Assembly: GCA_964187785.1 (NCBI GenBank)
Contig: OZ076409.1
Location: forward strand, 58,778,001-58,842,000
Direction: 5' to 3'
Source of the DNA: Amphiscolops sp. MND2022
Taxonomy: Eukaryota
Length of the DNA: 64,000 bases
Shown: positions 1 to 12,400 of the stretch, piece by piece
Layout of the letters: every line of letters begins with the position of its first letter
Numbering within the stretch: the first letter of the stretch is position 1
Translations under genes and position numbers: made by a program
The notes under the pieces: generated by a model
Seen by the model: the letters and a program-made list of their open reading frames with translations, nothing else
Told to the model about the DNA's origin: nothing
The model's database searches: none

Positions 1-661
1 TGCTCGCTCGAGGAAATTCAGATCATTATCATATCTTCTTGTGAACTCCACGACGTATTACGTCTGACATACAACGACTAAATCTTGACAAGGACCGACT
101 ACGGAGCTACATAGAAGCTGAAACTACAAGAACTGAGAAACTACAAACTGAGTACGAAGAAACTGAACATTATTAGTCTGATGACCTTGAATAAAACCAT
201 CTTCCCGCAAATAGGATTTTTTTAAGGAATTATAAAGACAGGCGCGAAACGACGAAAGCGGGTAGGGCGGCCGATTATGCTAGGTGGTCTACTGGTTATC
301 ACTGAATTTGATAAATTTGATCACCACTTGGAACCAAAATTGTTCTACAATATCACTTGAATGCAAGATCAGTCTGTTCGACTGATGACTCTAATTTTCA
401 AAATTTTCGCCACGCCTTTTCGTTAGTTTTAATGAGGTATTCACAGTATTTGTCAATTAAATTTTTCTAACGGTCAGTACATAGTTTTTTTTCAATGATG
501 ATGTACTGCTTGATTCCAATCTTTCGAAAAATTTTTCCTTCGTTATGAATTGAGCAGCGAAAATTAGTTTTTTGAAACTTATTCCAAATATTATACAATT
601 GTAAATTCTCACAAGATCCTTTAGTTTATTCAAAATTTTTAGTTGCATGGATGTCATTTTT

Positions 662-1362
662 AGCCGGCGCTTCATAAAGTGAAACGCGACTATTATAGTG
701 ACTCTTTTTTCATTTTTTTTCAATTCACATGAACTGACCGAAATAGTTCTTAAAAGTTCTACAAAATATTATTGCACCATTTGGCCTAGCGAACTGAACC
801 AAAAAAGTTTTTCCTGTTTTCCCGCGTAACATACCGGGTGAGACCAAATGGTCCCCCCTTTCAATTTTTTTCGGCACTGCGAGACTTTTTTTCGGAAAAT
901 TTGTTCCGGGTCCCCACCTTCAATTTTTTGCTGTTTTGCGACAGAATGGATGTTGAAAAATCCCAAAGGGTCCCCATTTCAGTTTTTCGGCATTGTGAGA
1001 CTTTTTTCTGAAAAATTTTTCTCTCCAAAGGGTCCCACTTCAATTTCTTTGATATTTTACAACATATTGGGTGTTTAAAAATCCCAAAGGGTCCCCCTTT
1101 TAAGTTTTTCGGCATTGTGAGACTTTTTTTCGAAAATTTGTTTTTTCCTCCAAAAGGTCCCCCCTTCAACTGCGACAAAAATGTTGACAATTTCGGAAAT
1201 GTCCCCTTTTAGCGCCCCAGGGGCTCGCGCTAGCGGGCCCCGGTGCGCCATTCGGTCCATTTTTTGGGTTTTCGATTTTCGAGTACTGTAAATTGACACT
1301 TGGAAGTCCTTTTGCTATTTTTGAGCCTTGGATATGGCGCCAACTTGAGCCGGCCCCGGCTT
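662..1362 (+). mobile_element. Non-autonomous Helentron-associated (HINE/DINE-1-like) element with central tandem repeats
   Basis: Starts after a T-run with AGCCGGCGC; ends GGCGCCAACTT plus hairpin AGCCGG-CC-CCGGCT; internal ~60-bp units built on AAAGGGTCCCC; full-length homology to the 24174-24970 copy. Family assignment is inferred from structure. Confidence 0.65.
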
Positions 1363-1654
1363 ATTGAAAACTTTCGTGACAAGTTGGCTCAAATACCATC
1401 AGCGCCGAGTTGTGTTGGCCGGTAACCGACACTAATTTATATACTAAAAAATTCGGTCACTACTATGAAGTATTTAACTGGTCACCATTTCGCAGAATTT
1501 TCATTACAATTGTTATCTGGGTTCTTGAGTAGCACCTGAGCTTGAAGCTGAACAGGTTCCAACCGACGGTGAAGATTTTACCGTTGCCATTATTAAGAAA
1601 AGACGAATGGAACAGCAAAGTAACACTGGAAGTGGGTTTTTGAACAGGAAGTTC

Positions 1655-1784
1655 TTGCTACCGACGTTCAGCATTGTTGACCACTTTTTCTCAACTGCAA
1701 AACTTACTTTCAGCGATCGACGCCAGAAACTGTTGCCTATGCATATTGAGGAACAACTATTCCTGAAAAGCAACTCACGCTTCT

Positions 1785-1787
<3 letters not shown>
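1655..1787 (+). pseudogene. Remnant of a hAT-like transposase C-terminal (dimerisation) region
   Basis: Translates PTFSIVDHFFSTAKLTFSDRRQKLLPMHIEEQLFLKSN, resembling the hAT C-terminal pattern PTSxxxERxFSxAxxxxxxxRxxL; truncated by a GA microsatellite. Confidence 0.55.

Positions 1788-1862
<75 letters not shown>
1788..1862. repeat. (GA)n microsatellite, ~37 units
   Basis: Perfect GA run seen directly; produces the spurious poly-RE in ORF 1607..1987. Confidence 0.99.
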
Positions 1863-1867
<5 letters not shown>

Positions 1868-2054
1868 CACTGCGCAGTTTCAGTTTTCAGGTACATGGTT
1901 ATCACTGATGATGAGAGTGATTACAATAAAAAAGCTTCAATAAAACTTTTTTTCAATTTTCTAGATACTGTATCTGTCCAACACTAGCTCCGAGTCTTTG
2001 TAATCCCTTTTAAATACAGATGTTACATAAACGCAAGATTGCGGCAAAGCCAAC

Positions 2055-2442
2055 CTGCTTCAAGTTGCTGCTCCAGTCTCTTTTCAATAAACAGAACACG
2101 CGTGACTTTTCGTAAAAGATCACAGGTTCTTTGCATATTTTCAAGTTGAACCACTTTATTATGCGTTCGTTCATAGCTGTCGTCCAATTTGGAAACTACT
2201 CGATGAATAGCCAGAGAAAGGGATGTAGTTTTATTTTCAATCGCATTGAGTGTATCCTCAGCTTTTCTTATGCCGGTAGACTGAAAGATTAGGTCCTCAT
2301 AACATTCTGTCACGTGCTGGCTGATCAATCCTTCAACTTGCAAAAGACGTTCGTTGTATTCTGACGCGACAGTTTTAGCCTGCCCCAAATCATTCAGATC
2401 AGAGAGGGAGAACTGCATACCAGTTGCTTTCCAATCGTCCAT
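2055..2442 (-). CDS. COG5: Conserved oligomeric Golgi complex subunit 5 homolog, first coding exon
   Basis: HVTECYEDLIFQSTGIRKAEDTL...QLENMQRTCDLLRKVTRVLFIEKRLEQQLEAG matches the remembered COG5 N-terminus ([20 protein letters not shown]...[32 protein letters not shown]); a GT donor (G|GTTGGC) at 2054 lies where homology ends. Confidence 0.85.
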
Positions 2443-2699
2443 TGACGTTTTAAAACTTCTACAACTTTCTAACCATTGTCTAGAATGAAGCTTTCTTGGT
2501 CCTCAAGGACAGGGCCTGGCAATAAACAGTTGCAAATAACTAATCTAAAAAGCGTACAATCTGTGAGAGAAAACACTGTATTATTGTATAGGGATAGCTG
2601 ATGCGAGTTTTAGGTGCTGAAGCATAAATGATTTTTTCAAGTTTTACAGGGCGATAAATCAGGTGAAGCGGAAATCACGCCAAGTATGAGATGTATGGA

Positions 2700-2900
2700 T
2701 AGGCATACGACTACTTTCCAAAGTTAGATGCTTTCTGAGACGAGTTTCGAATGTGTGTAGACTTATACTAGTGTCTCTCAAGTACAACGGTAGTGAGTTC
2801 CACTTCGAAGAAGAATTATGAAAGAAAGAACTGAAGAGAGATACATGACTTCCCACGTATATTATCTGATTAGTGCGATTGTTCCACCTAAAAATCGCCG
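2700..2900 (-). mobile_element. 3' end relic of a LINE (CR1/L2-like) ORF2
   Basis: SFFHNSSSKWNSLP...SLHTFETRLRKHL resembles the WNxLP...SxxxFKxxL C-terminal motif of these LINEs. Confidence 0.55.
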
Positions 2901-3817
2901 TAGGTAATTTTAAAGTGCTCTGGAAGGCTTTTTTTTAGTATTTTTGAGATATTGGAACAGAAATACTAGAGATTTCAACTCGATAAGTTGCTTTATTCCA
3001 ATTATTTTTTTTCTCTCAGATCACTCGACGATTTAAAGCTCGAACGGAAGTAGACAGATTTAATGCCCAGTTCATCTGTTTCTCAAGGGAAAGTAGTGAA
3101 GGAGGGGATATTTGAGTGAAAAAAAGTATTCGAAATGACTTATTAGCGCGTGGAAAAGCATGACTAAGACTGTGGTATATATTTGTGTTGTATAGATTCA
3201 ATAGTTTTTATTCCAACTGCCATGTTTTTTGGAACCTTTGTTGAGAGAATTTCTGTTGATTGAGAATTTCCCCTCCCTAAGATAACACATGTCGTCATCA
3301 TTGAAATAGCGCCATGTTGGTCGATTATTACGGGCGAGATGGCACACAGATGACAAGCGAGGGTATATTATATATATAAATTCCAAAATGAAGCCCCTCT
3401 TTGCGGGCAGGTGTGAAACGAATTTAAAAATCAGGGTAAAAACAGAAAGCGAGGGTAAAATCGGGAAAAAATTCTAAAGAATCATGACTCATGCCAGCCA
3501 CTAACCTAAGAGACATAAGAAGACGTAGGAAATCAATTAACCATCGGGATGTGGCAGTACAAATGACTTTCGATCATTGATTCCAGAACAAAGAAAATAG
3601 TATACTAGAATTGACACGGAAGGAAGGAAGTCAAGTGAGGTTTGCAGGGTTATAAGAATTAATCGGCTACGTGGAATCAGGTCTAATGAAATAGATCTAA
3701 GAGAGGGGGCAAAACTGAGATCTAAATAAATTGATCTAAATAATCAGTTCTAACACTCTCTTCTAAGTTGAGAAAAAAGTCAATTAGGATCTAAAACTAA
3801 AAAGTGATATAAAGTAT

Positions 3818-4012
3818 AAAACGTGCCTCGGATATGTCCCCATTTCCTATAGTGCCCCGCGGTTCCTTGGGGCCGCTTATACTCCCATCTTGCTAAGCGA
3901 GGTCGAACAGGAGCAAAGACCTAGCGGGAACGGAGGTCGCGAAGCGATCGTAGTGGGAGCTGGTTTTGCGACGGTGAGGGCGAGCGTGCATACATCGCAT
4001 ATGCCCCACATT
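3818..4012 (+). repeat. ~195-bp interspersed repeat, complete copy (others at 5114-5262, 5598-5651, 6714-6905, 7077-7180 minus, 7298-7400)
   Basis: Shared sequence AAAACGTGCCTCGGATATGTCCCCATT...CTTGCTAAGCGAGGTCGAACAGGAGC...GGGCGAGCGTGCATACATCGCATATGCCCCACATT. Confidence 0.9.
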
Positions 4013-4514
4013 ATAATTTCGCTTTCAGAACACATATTAGATCATAAAGGGGTTAGACCTAAGTATTTTAGATAAAATTAGATCTGAAAGTTAGACCTAA
4101 CAGTTAGATCTAATTCCATAAGACCCAAGCAATTAGATCAAAGGCGTACATTCCGAATTAATTGATGCTTGCAATGAAGCCAGCCAACGCGCTTATAACA
4201 TGCTTGTTTTCGCAATTTAGCAAAATTACTAGCGTTCCGTCAATTTTTTGATTTTTGAGCTTCCTAATGAAACTCCTTCGGTGTTTTTTGGTATGAGACA
4301 CAGGAAAATAATGTGCAGTATCATCGACAACTTTACAATAGGGACAAATAACTTGAAAAAATGTTTTGAAAGAAAAGCGTTGTAGAAACACTGATATCTT
4401 CCGTTTTCGGTATTCCTGACTAAGAATGGTCCCAAGCGACTTCCCCTTACTAAGTGTGGTCCCTACATGTTGGTCGCAGTTATAAATATAACGGTCAGCT
4501 ATGCTCACATATCA

Positions 4515-4845
4515 CTAGTGCTCTAAATGCAGCAGCGAAGCAGAGCGACGCGCCAAATGGCCATGCCTCAATGTTGCCACTTGGTGAAAAGAGCGAAGCG
4601 ACCGAGTCATGCAACAAATACGCTAACCTCTTCGGGTGGCTGTAAATAGGTCGAATTTTTCTGGTCGAAAGGACAGAGGTCGAACCTTTTGATCGAATTG
4701 CAGGGATCGAATGGAATGCGGTCGAATTTTATCGTACTTGTTGTATGGCTCGGTCGCTTCGCTCCCTTCGCCAAGTAGCAACATTGAGGCATGGCCATAT
4801 GGCACGTCGCTCCACTTCGCTTCGCTCCTGCATTCAGGGCACTAG
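4515..4845. repeat. Fold-back/MITE-like structure with ~105-bp inverted arms (4515-4617, 4738-4845); third arm copy ~6410-6503
   Basis: Arms are diverged reverse complements; spacer is rich in periodic TCGA motifs. Confidence 0.8.
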
Positions 4846-5464
4846 GGGTATGTGAAGGGTGCGGCAAATAGGTCCGAATGCCGATGACCGAATTGCAAGA
4901 AAGAAGTAAGAAGTCCGACTATTTCAACAAGGCTATAAGTCAGAAAGAATAAGTTCGACTGGGATGCAAAATGGAAGAAATACGAATGACTTAAACCTAA
5001 CGAAGTCCGAATCGGTTTTTTATGAAAAAATAGTCAACTGTTATGAAACACTAACGAAATTTAATGCGATTTTTTGCAGAATGGACGAAATTTAACGCAG
5101 TTTTTTTAAGTACAAAACGTGCCTCTGATATTTCCCCATTTCCTCTAGTGCCCCGCGGCCCCTTGGGGCCGCTTATATTCCCATCTTGCTAAGCGAGGTC
5201 GAACAGGAGCAAACTTTGCGACGGTGAGGGCGAGCGTGCATATATCGCATATGCCCCACATTATATAAACAAAAAGTCTCTGCCATTTGACAAATTCGAA
5301 CTATTTCCAAAAAATCGCACGTTTGAACTTAATCAGTCGGTCAGTTTCCGGTCTTAATCGATTCGGACTTATTCTTTCGGACTTATGGTCGGACTAAAAA
5401 ATTCGGTCCTATTCTTTCGGACCTATTATGACAGTCCTATGTGAACATATCTGACTACGTTATA

Positions 5465-6661
5465 AAAATTTTGATCCGAGTTGTTTCGATCCCATTAAAA
5501 AAATTTGGTATGTCGACCTGAGGACTAACTCTGATTTTCGATCCCGTTCCTTCGACCTACTTCCGCCCACCCCACCTCTTCATATGAATTCAAACCTTCC
5601 TTGGGCCCGCTTATGTTCCCATCTTGCTAAGTGGGGTCGAACAGGAGCAAAGGGATTCCGGATGTTTCGGCGACAACATCACTGTCGCCGAAACGTCCTC
5701 TGAAAGCAAAAAATAAAACGAAATACGAGGAACAGGAAAAACGTCTAAAAATAGGAATAACTTATGAAAGAGTTTGAAATATTTTCAGTACTTTCCCGTG
5801 GATTTCCCAAACACCCGAAATTCGACACAGCAGAAAGTTAGGGATCTTGTTTGCTAATGCCTCCCCCCAGCCTACTGGTAAAAAAATTATCTGTCCCTCA
5901 AAATTTCAGCACAGAATATCCACCTTTGCAGAAATAATTTTTTTCTGATATTAAAATGTATTGCTCGTATGTTTGCACGATTGTTGTGAATAGAAAATAG
6001 TAGTCATGTCAGAAAGCATGAGTCAGCTTTCACATTTTTGTGAACAAGACAAAGCGATCATTGATTCGAAAAAGAAGTTTTTTACTTACGCTGCATGAAC
6101 AACTTGAGCCAAAGAAACATTTCGTCACTTCTGATAAAATGGCCACCTCGTAAAATAGTTCGGTCCGAAATGATTACCGAAACAGTAACAAGTGGGCCGA
6201 AATAGGTCGAAGGAATGGGATCGAAAATCAGAGTTTGGGGGAGGGCATTAGCAAACAAGATACAAAATTAATCTCAAACAGCAGAATATTTCATTATGTG
6301 CAATCTAATTGGCTGAAATTTGAAATCGAATTGAATTCACTATGTTAAAAACGCGTGTCAGATTTTGTCGGAGTTATTATTATAACGTAATAAGCTTTGT
6401 TCACAAACCCCCAGTGTCCTAAATGCAGGAGCGACGTGCCATGTGGCCATGCTTCAATGTTGCAACTTGGCGAAGGGAGCGAAGCGACCGAGCCATACAA
6501 CAAAAATGCAAACTTTTTCAAACAAATCAAGTTTCAACATAATGGCTGTAACAGGGTGGTCGGAAATAAGTCGTAGGAACGGGATCGAAAATCAGAGTTA
6601 GTCCTCGGGTCGACATACCAAATTTTTGAATGGGATCAAAAACAACTCGAATCGAAATTTT
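5465..6661. repeat. Inverted repeat pair (~108-bp arms 5465-5572 and 6554-6661) enclosing a 26-bp inverted pair (~5844-5869, ~6236-6261)
   Basis: GGTATGTCGACCTGAGGACTAACTCTGATTTTCGATCCCGTTCC has its reverse complement in the right arm; likewise ATCTTGTTTGCTAATGCCTCCCC. Confidence 0.8.
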
Positions 6662-7859
6662 GAATTTTGGGAAACAAACCGAATTGCCGCAGATAGAATT
6701 TTCTAGAAAAGTAAAAAACGTGTCTCGCATATGTCCCCATTTCTTCTAGTGCCCGGCGGCCTCTTGGGGCCGCTTATGTTTCCATCTTGCTAAGCGAGGT
6801 CGATCAGGATGAAAGACCTAGCGGGAACAGAGATCGTGAAGCGATCGTAGTGGGAGCTGGTAATTGCGACGGTGAGGGTGAGCGTGCATACACACATGAC
6901 CCCATAGTAGATGGGGGAAAGTACCTAAATTATTTTTTGAACCTATTTTTTCATTCCACCTAATTCGACACGAATTCGACTCAAATCTGTTCGACTAAAT
7001 TTTACGCTATTCATTCGACGTTATTCATCTACATTATTCATTTGACGAGTCAAAATTCGAATTAATTGCTGCAAGCCCCCGCTAGGTCTTCGCCCCTGTT
7101 CGACCTCGTTTAGCAAGATGAGGAAATTAGTGGCCCCAAGGGGCACCACAGGAAATTAGGACATATCCGAGGCCCGTTTTAATGTAGCAAAGGTATGTGT
7201 GAGAGGTATATTTGTTTATAGCCTTTTAGAGTACGTTTCGAGGACAGTCCGCCATTTTTTCGCCGAAACTTCTGTCGGCGGAATGTCTTGTTTCCGGAGC
7301 GAAGACCTAGCGGAAACGGAGATCGCGGAGCGATTTTTGTGGGAGCTGGTCTTCGCGATGGTGAAGGCGAGCGTGCACACATCGTATATGACCCCACATT
7401 ATTTCTTATACATTGCTCTTGTTCAATTTAGACCCAGGTAACGGTGCATGCTTTTTAGATCTTAGTTATTTAGATCTTAGTTACGAAACTTCTCTAGATC
7501 TTATTCTTTAGACCTTAGTTATGGATCCCGAAAAAGACCATGTAACTGTCCCGTTTAACTCTTTTACCACAGTGGCACGTATGCGCAACAGAGATGTTGG
7601 CACCGAGACATAAACCAATTGAAATCCGAAGCTGCTGATCATCAAATTTCAGGCCTAGGTTCTTGCAAGGAACAACCTTCAGCCACTGAGATCGAAATTG
7701 TTTTCATGGGTATTAAAAGTTTTCGCACGTTTGTCATTCATTGCCGTGAGAAAAAACCGAGGCCAAAAAGACGGGAAGTGCTAATAATGATGCGGTTGAA
7801 ACCCAAAGACCGCTCATTTTAGCAGGCAGATTTATCCAAAAAAGCGATATTGCATGACC

Positions 7860-9400
7860 AGATTTTCAACAATTGCAATAACTTTTTCCAGTTTAGATGA
7901 GAAGTCCGAAGAATGATAAGTTCATCTTTCGTTGGTGTTTCGATCCCATAGAGATTTTTTGGGAAAATGTTGAATGAACGTCGTTTTTTAAGGAAGTCAC
8001 CACGGAAAAAACTTCGCTTTTCGTGGGTTCAATTTTGAGTCCCTGTGTTTTTCGGCTTCAGCATTTTTTTCTGAACTTTCAGAACGGTTCAGTAATCAAC
8101 ACTTAATATTCCATTGTCGAGTTACCATAAATTTAGTTTCCACTCCATGCTGTCAATCAGATCCTCAATGAAATCCCAAGAAACTGGAGACTCGGGATCT
8201 CCCTGATGGGTCCCTTCACAAGATTTGTTTACTGAATCACCAAATTTACTGCATACCGAGTGTGGGTACTTAAAAGCTTCAGGTTGTAAAAAAAGTTTTC
8301 TCAAACATGAATTATCTGTTCGTCAAATTGACAGCGTCTTCAAAGTCACTTTTTAGGATTACGTTTTTTTGGGTTGACGGAAAACAAGTGAGGCCACTTC
8401 AGCGCCCTTCTTAGTCCCAAGACCTACTTTTGAGACTTCCGTATATTGCTTGACTGGCTCGAAGACATCGTATCCGGCTCATTTTGCAGACAACCGGTAA
8501 AATGTATTGCCTGGAGCGATAGGACGAAGTCATCCGTCGGGTTATGTTTACCAAAAGTAATTTCCAAAGAAGTACGGCCGAAGTTGAACAGGTACTTTTC
8601 CTTCGAGATCACATTCACAAGATTTGTTAGGGTTGTGAGAAAAGTCAGTCCGATTGCCCGTTCGACTTAGCAGTCAAATTATTCCAAACTTGGGGCGAAA
8701 TGCTATCCAATCCTGCACTAGAGCCGTTGGAGAAGGACATGAGTGCCTTGTGGACGAAGAACTTTGAGGTTGAAGAGCAATCGATATCTGTGGAAAACCA
8801 GAATTGGGCAAGTTTCCCTCTGCGGATGATTCAGCTTGAAGGCCGCGTAGCTTTTGACCGTGAAAGCTGCAATCTTGTCGTCGCTAACTGCCATTCTGAT
8901 TCCGGCCTTAACAATACCATCGTCTACTTTTGTGCAAATGGAACGCAGTCGTCGTTCTAACTTGCTTTTCTGTTGCGAATTTCTGTCGCATTTCGGTTTT
9001 TTCTCAATGACACCATCCCGAAAACGTTTGTTGATAATTGCACTTAGTGATGACCTCTGAGATGTACACCAACGGCGTAGTTTTTCATAAAAACACCTAT
9101 AAGAGGGGAGCAATAAGCGCTACAAGGCAGTATTCGACGAGGTTTCACAAATATCATTAATTTTGGGTATCAAGTTTTCAGATAGGGAGATCACTGATTT
9201 TTCAAGAACTCTTTTCACGTGAACAACGTCTGAACTAAAAAAGGTGTCTGGTCTAATGTTATCATCATCACACTGACGGATAGTGTTCACTAAAGAGCAC
9301 CAAAACATTTAATATCGTCAAGGCTCCAGGCCTCCGTTTTTGATAAAATGTAGCATTTTATAAAAACCCATCCGTTGCAAGGCCTACAACTTACCCAGTC
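7860..9400 (-). mobile_element. Degenerate non-LTR retrotransposon reverse transcriptase, CRE-like (early-branching RLE group)
   Basis: Ordered RT motifs across stops and frameshifts: DGIVKAGIRMAVSDDKIA; PDG*LRPIAPGNTFYRLSAK; VGLGTKKGAE; KSDFEDAVN (DFxNAFN); GTHQGDPESP; LW*LDNG (WYLDD). Clade assignment is from remembered motif style. Confidence 0.7.
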
Positions 9401-12400
9401 AGTCAACCGTTAGGGATTCAGCCACGTCACAGCTTTGCAGGTTTCCTTGTTTTTCATCAAACTTCAACCACACATATTTGCTGTAACAGCACTAAAAGCT
9501 AATACTTTAAGTTCGGCTGTTTGAGACTTACTTTGTAACACTTTGTAAAGTCAAACAAATAAATTGTCACCATATTTTGAACTACATGTAACGGTTGCTT
9601 CATTTTTGAACTACATGTAAAGTTTGCTTCACGATTGCGCTCCTAAAAATGCTAGCGACCACACTTAGTCAGGGGGCAAGCTGCATAAATGTTCTAGGGA
9701 CCACACGATTTATTGCGACTACCCTGTTTTCATCGGGATGCATTGGAACTCAATCACTGAAAGAAAATGGCAATGTTTGATGATAGATATTCAAAACGGT
9801 TGAAAACAAACGTTGTCGACATTAAGCCATCAACAGCTCACTCTGAAAAAAATACGAAAAACCTTTTGAATTAGCTTTCAAGGTGAAAAGGTTTGCAGTT
9901 TCTAATAAAAACAAGACGCCCGCTGACCAGCAAGATATTTTCCGCAACAACTTGCTCTAACGTTTGTCAACAAAACAAACTTGAGGCTCACGAATAGCCA
10001 ATGCACAAAGTATCTATAAAATTTCGAAAAAGTTTTGAATAATCTTTCTGCAAAAGGAGGGATATCTGCGATAACTTGCACCTTTTTCAGCCATCTTCTG
10101 TTCCGACGACAGTTCATTTCTCGGGCGACGAAACGAGCCAGTGTTAATCAAGCATTCATACGACGAAGTCATTGAGGTATAGCGAGCGAGTATATGTGGT
10201 TGAACTTTCTTACGCCGAATCATTGGGATGAAGCGAACGAGTGTTAAGTACTCGTACGCCGAGTTCATGAATTGGAGCGAAAGAAAGTTGATTATTCGTT
10301 CACCATGGAGTCGTTTTGGTGCGCTTTTCAAAGATTTAGCAAAAGTGTATAAGTTAATCCAGATTCCTTTGATTCTATCATTCTATAAATGAACATGAAA
10401 GCATAAACGCAAAAATAATAGCCCCGGATTACAAGTCACTTGACTTAAAGTCAATTAGCCTAATTTTACTCACGAGTCATCTGGTCTAATCATTTTAGGC
10501 CAAATGACAAACACAACCCAGTCTAGACCATTCTCAAAAAATGGCTAAAAACAACTTTTCATAAAACAAGAGGGTGTTGAATTTTCAACGAATTGTTTGA
10601 GGAACGAGAATTGTTACGAAATGTTTAGCATAAGTGTTGTTTGACTCGTTCACCTTGCTCCTTTTGCCAAGAAGCAACACTGAGGTACAACAACTAGGCA
10701 CGTCACTCTGCTTACCTTCGCTGTTGAGTTTACGGCTTTAGGGGAAAAGTGAACATAGCTGACTAAGTTATTATTTTAAATTCGATAAAACTTGCTGCGC
10801 GTATTCAACTTTGTGATCTGATGCCAAATAAAATTAAGCCAAGTGACCGTTACCCAAGACGTTTGGGCTAAACAAATTTGGCCAAGTTACCAAGTGCATT
10901 TAACTGAATGAGTTCAGGCCTAGAGACTCTAAGCCAAGTGACAATTTACTGTGCCCCGCAGGGTCCATGTTTTTTATTCGTTTCGTTGTTGAACTAGGTG
11001 GATATGAGGACCTAACATACCATATTATCAGTCAGCGCGTTTCTTCAGAAAGGAGCGGCTATAGCATTTGCTTTTCGTTTTTTTGATACACCTGGTGTTA
11101 GAAAATAGTTCTACTGGAATTTCGTCGAGTTTTCAAGTAACGCCTCACTGCCACATTACCTAGTGGCAAATGCGGTTTTCTAGCGGTTTTAGTAGAAGGG
11201 TTACACGCGGGTTTAGTCTCGCACTCAATCAAAAACGTATTAAATTGGAATAATAAGAGAAAGGAAAGGGTCCCCCTTCAGAGCCTTTTCGGGACTGTGC
11301 AACTTACCAAGTGAAGACACGTGTTTTAAAACTCTTTTTCGAAGACAATTTCCAGTTTTTTTTGAAATTTTTACTTTTTTGAGGGTTTCTGTAAAAGAAC
11401 TATGTTTTTCGAGTCTTGAGGTTGACCTCTCTTTTACCTTTTGAACTTTTACCTTTTGACCTTGTGGAACTGAAGAGTTTTCCTAATAAAGGAAAAAATA
11501 CTTATTTTCATATGTTTTTCAGATAAGTGCGCCTTTCGAAACTCTCATTCGGTCGGTGGGTACACCACTTGTTTCCCTATCTGATTTTGGCTTGAGAGAA
11601 AGTAGTTTTGCGAGCTTAATTTTTTCCGGCACTGAGAAGCTTTTCCGGGAAATTTTCAAAAAGTTGACTTTTCGATCTTCCTGTTGAGGAAAAAGGTTTC
11701 CTAGTTGCAGTATATCCTGGCGTATTTTGGCACTGGGAAAACGGTAAAACATTTTACTCTAATGTCTTTTGCAAGTTTGTAAAGCTTTAGCGGGATACAA
11801 CGTGGGCTGGTTCAGCTTGTTAAAATAATGCAAATCTTGTCACTAAACGTGTCAACATTTACCTTTGACAAATTTGAGGTCAATTTGAGGTCTTTATCGT
11901 TGATGAAATTGAAGATGTCTCTGTCTGAAAAGCCTACTGGACACAGAGTTTAGTTGTTTGTTTAATTGAATGTTTACACCAATCTAACCCACGAAATAGC
12001 TCAAAAATTATACAATCAAACAGTTCCAAAATGTCGAATTTTTCTGATTTTCAGGTCTTTCTCCGGTTTTCCTCATACGTGGGGATTTGAAAAATACTTT
12101 TCTGCATGTATGGCCTGCTCCACACCTAGTGACGTTGCTTGGAGCTTATTGAATGTTAAACATTTGAGAAACAAGGTCGAAGAAGATTTTCACGTTTTCA
12201 AGTAAATTTTTCAAACATTTTGCACGGAACATACGTTGTAGAAATAATATTTGTATTTGGAGCTTGGAAATTGTTGTAAACAAATACAGTTTGATATAAA
12301 TATATTTTTCCCAGATTGAATATGGACGGAAAATAACAATACAGAAGGTTTTAGGACAAAGTCCTTGAGTTTGGTAATTTCTAATTTGAATTGTTCAGTT

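Noticed and set aside
850..1210. Regularly spaced AAAGGGTCCCC repeats resembling a CRISPR array
   Set aside because: The intervening sequences are themselves repeated rather than unique spacers; eukaryotic context; no cas genes.
769..1299. Overlapping ORFs with GGPF/KKSLTMPK motifs (also at 14.0, 24.0-24.9, 33.1-33.7 and 38.5 kb)
   Set aside because: Translations of the tandem core of a non-coding repeat; open on both strands with inconsistent frames between copies.
1607..1987. 126-aa ORF with a poly-RE tract
   Set aside because: Chimera of a transposase remnant and a GA microsatellite.
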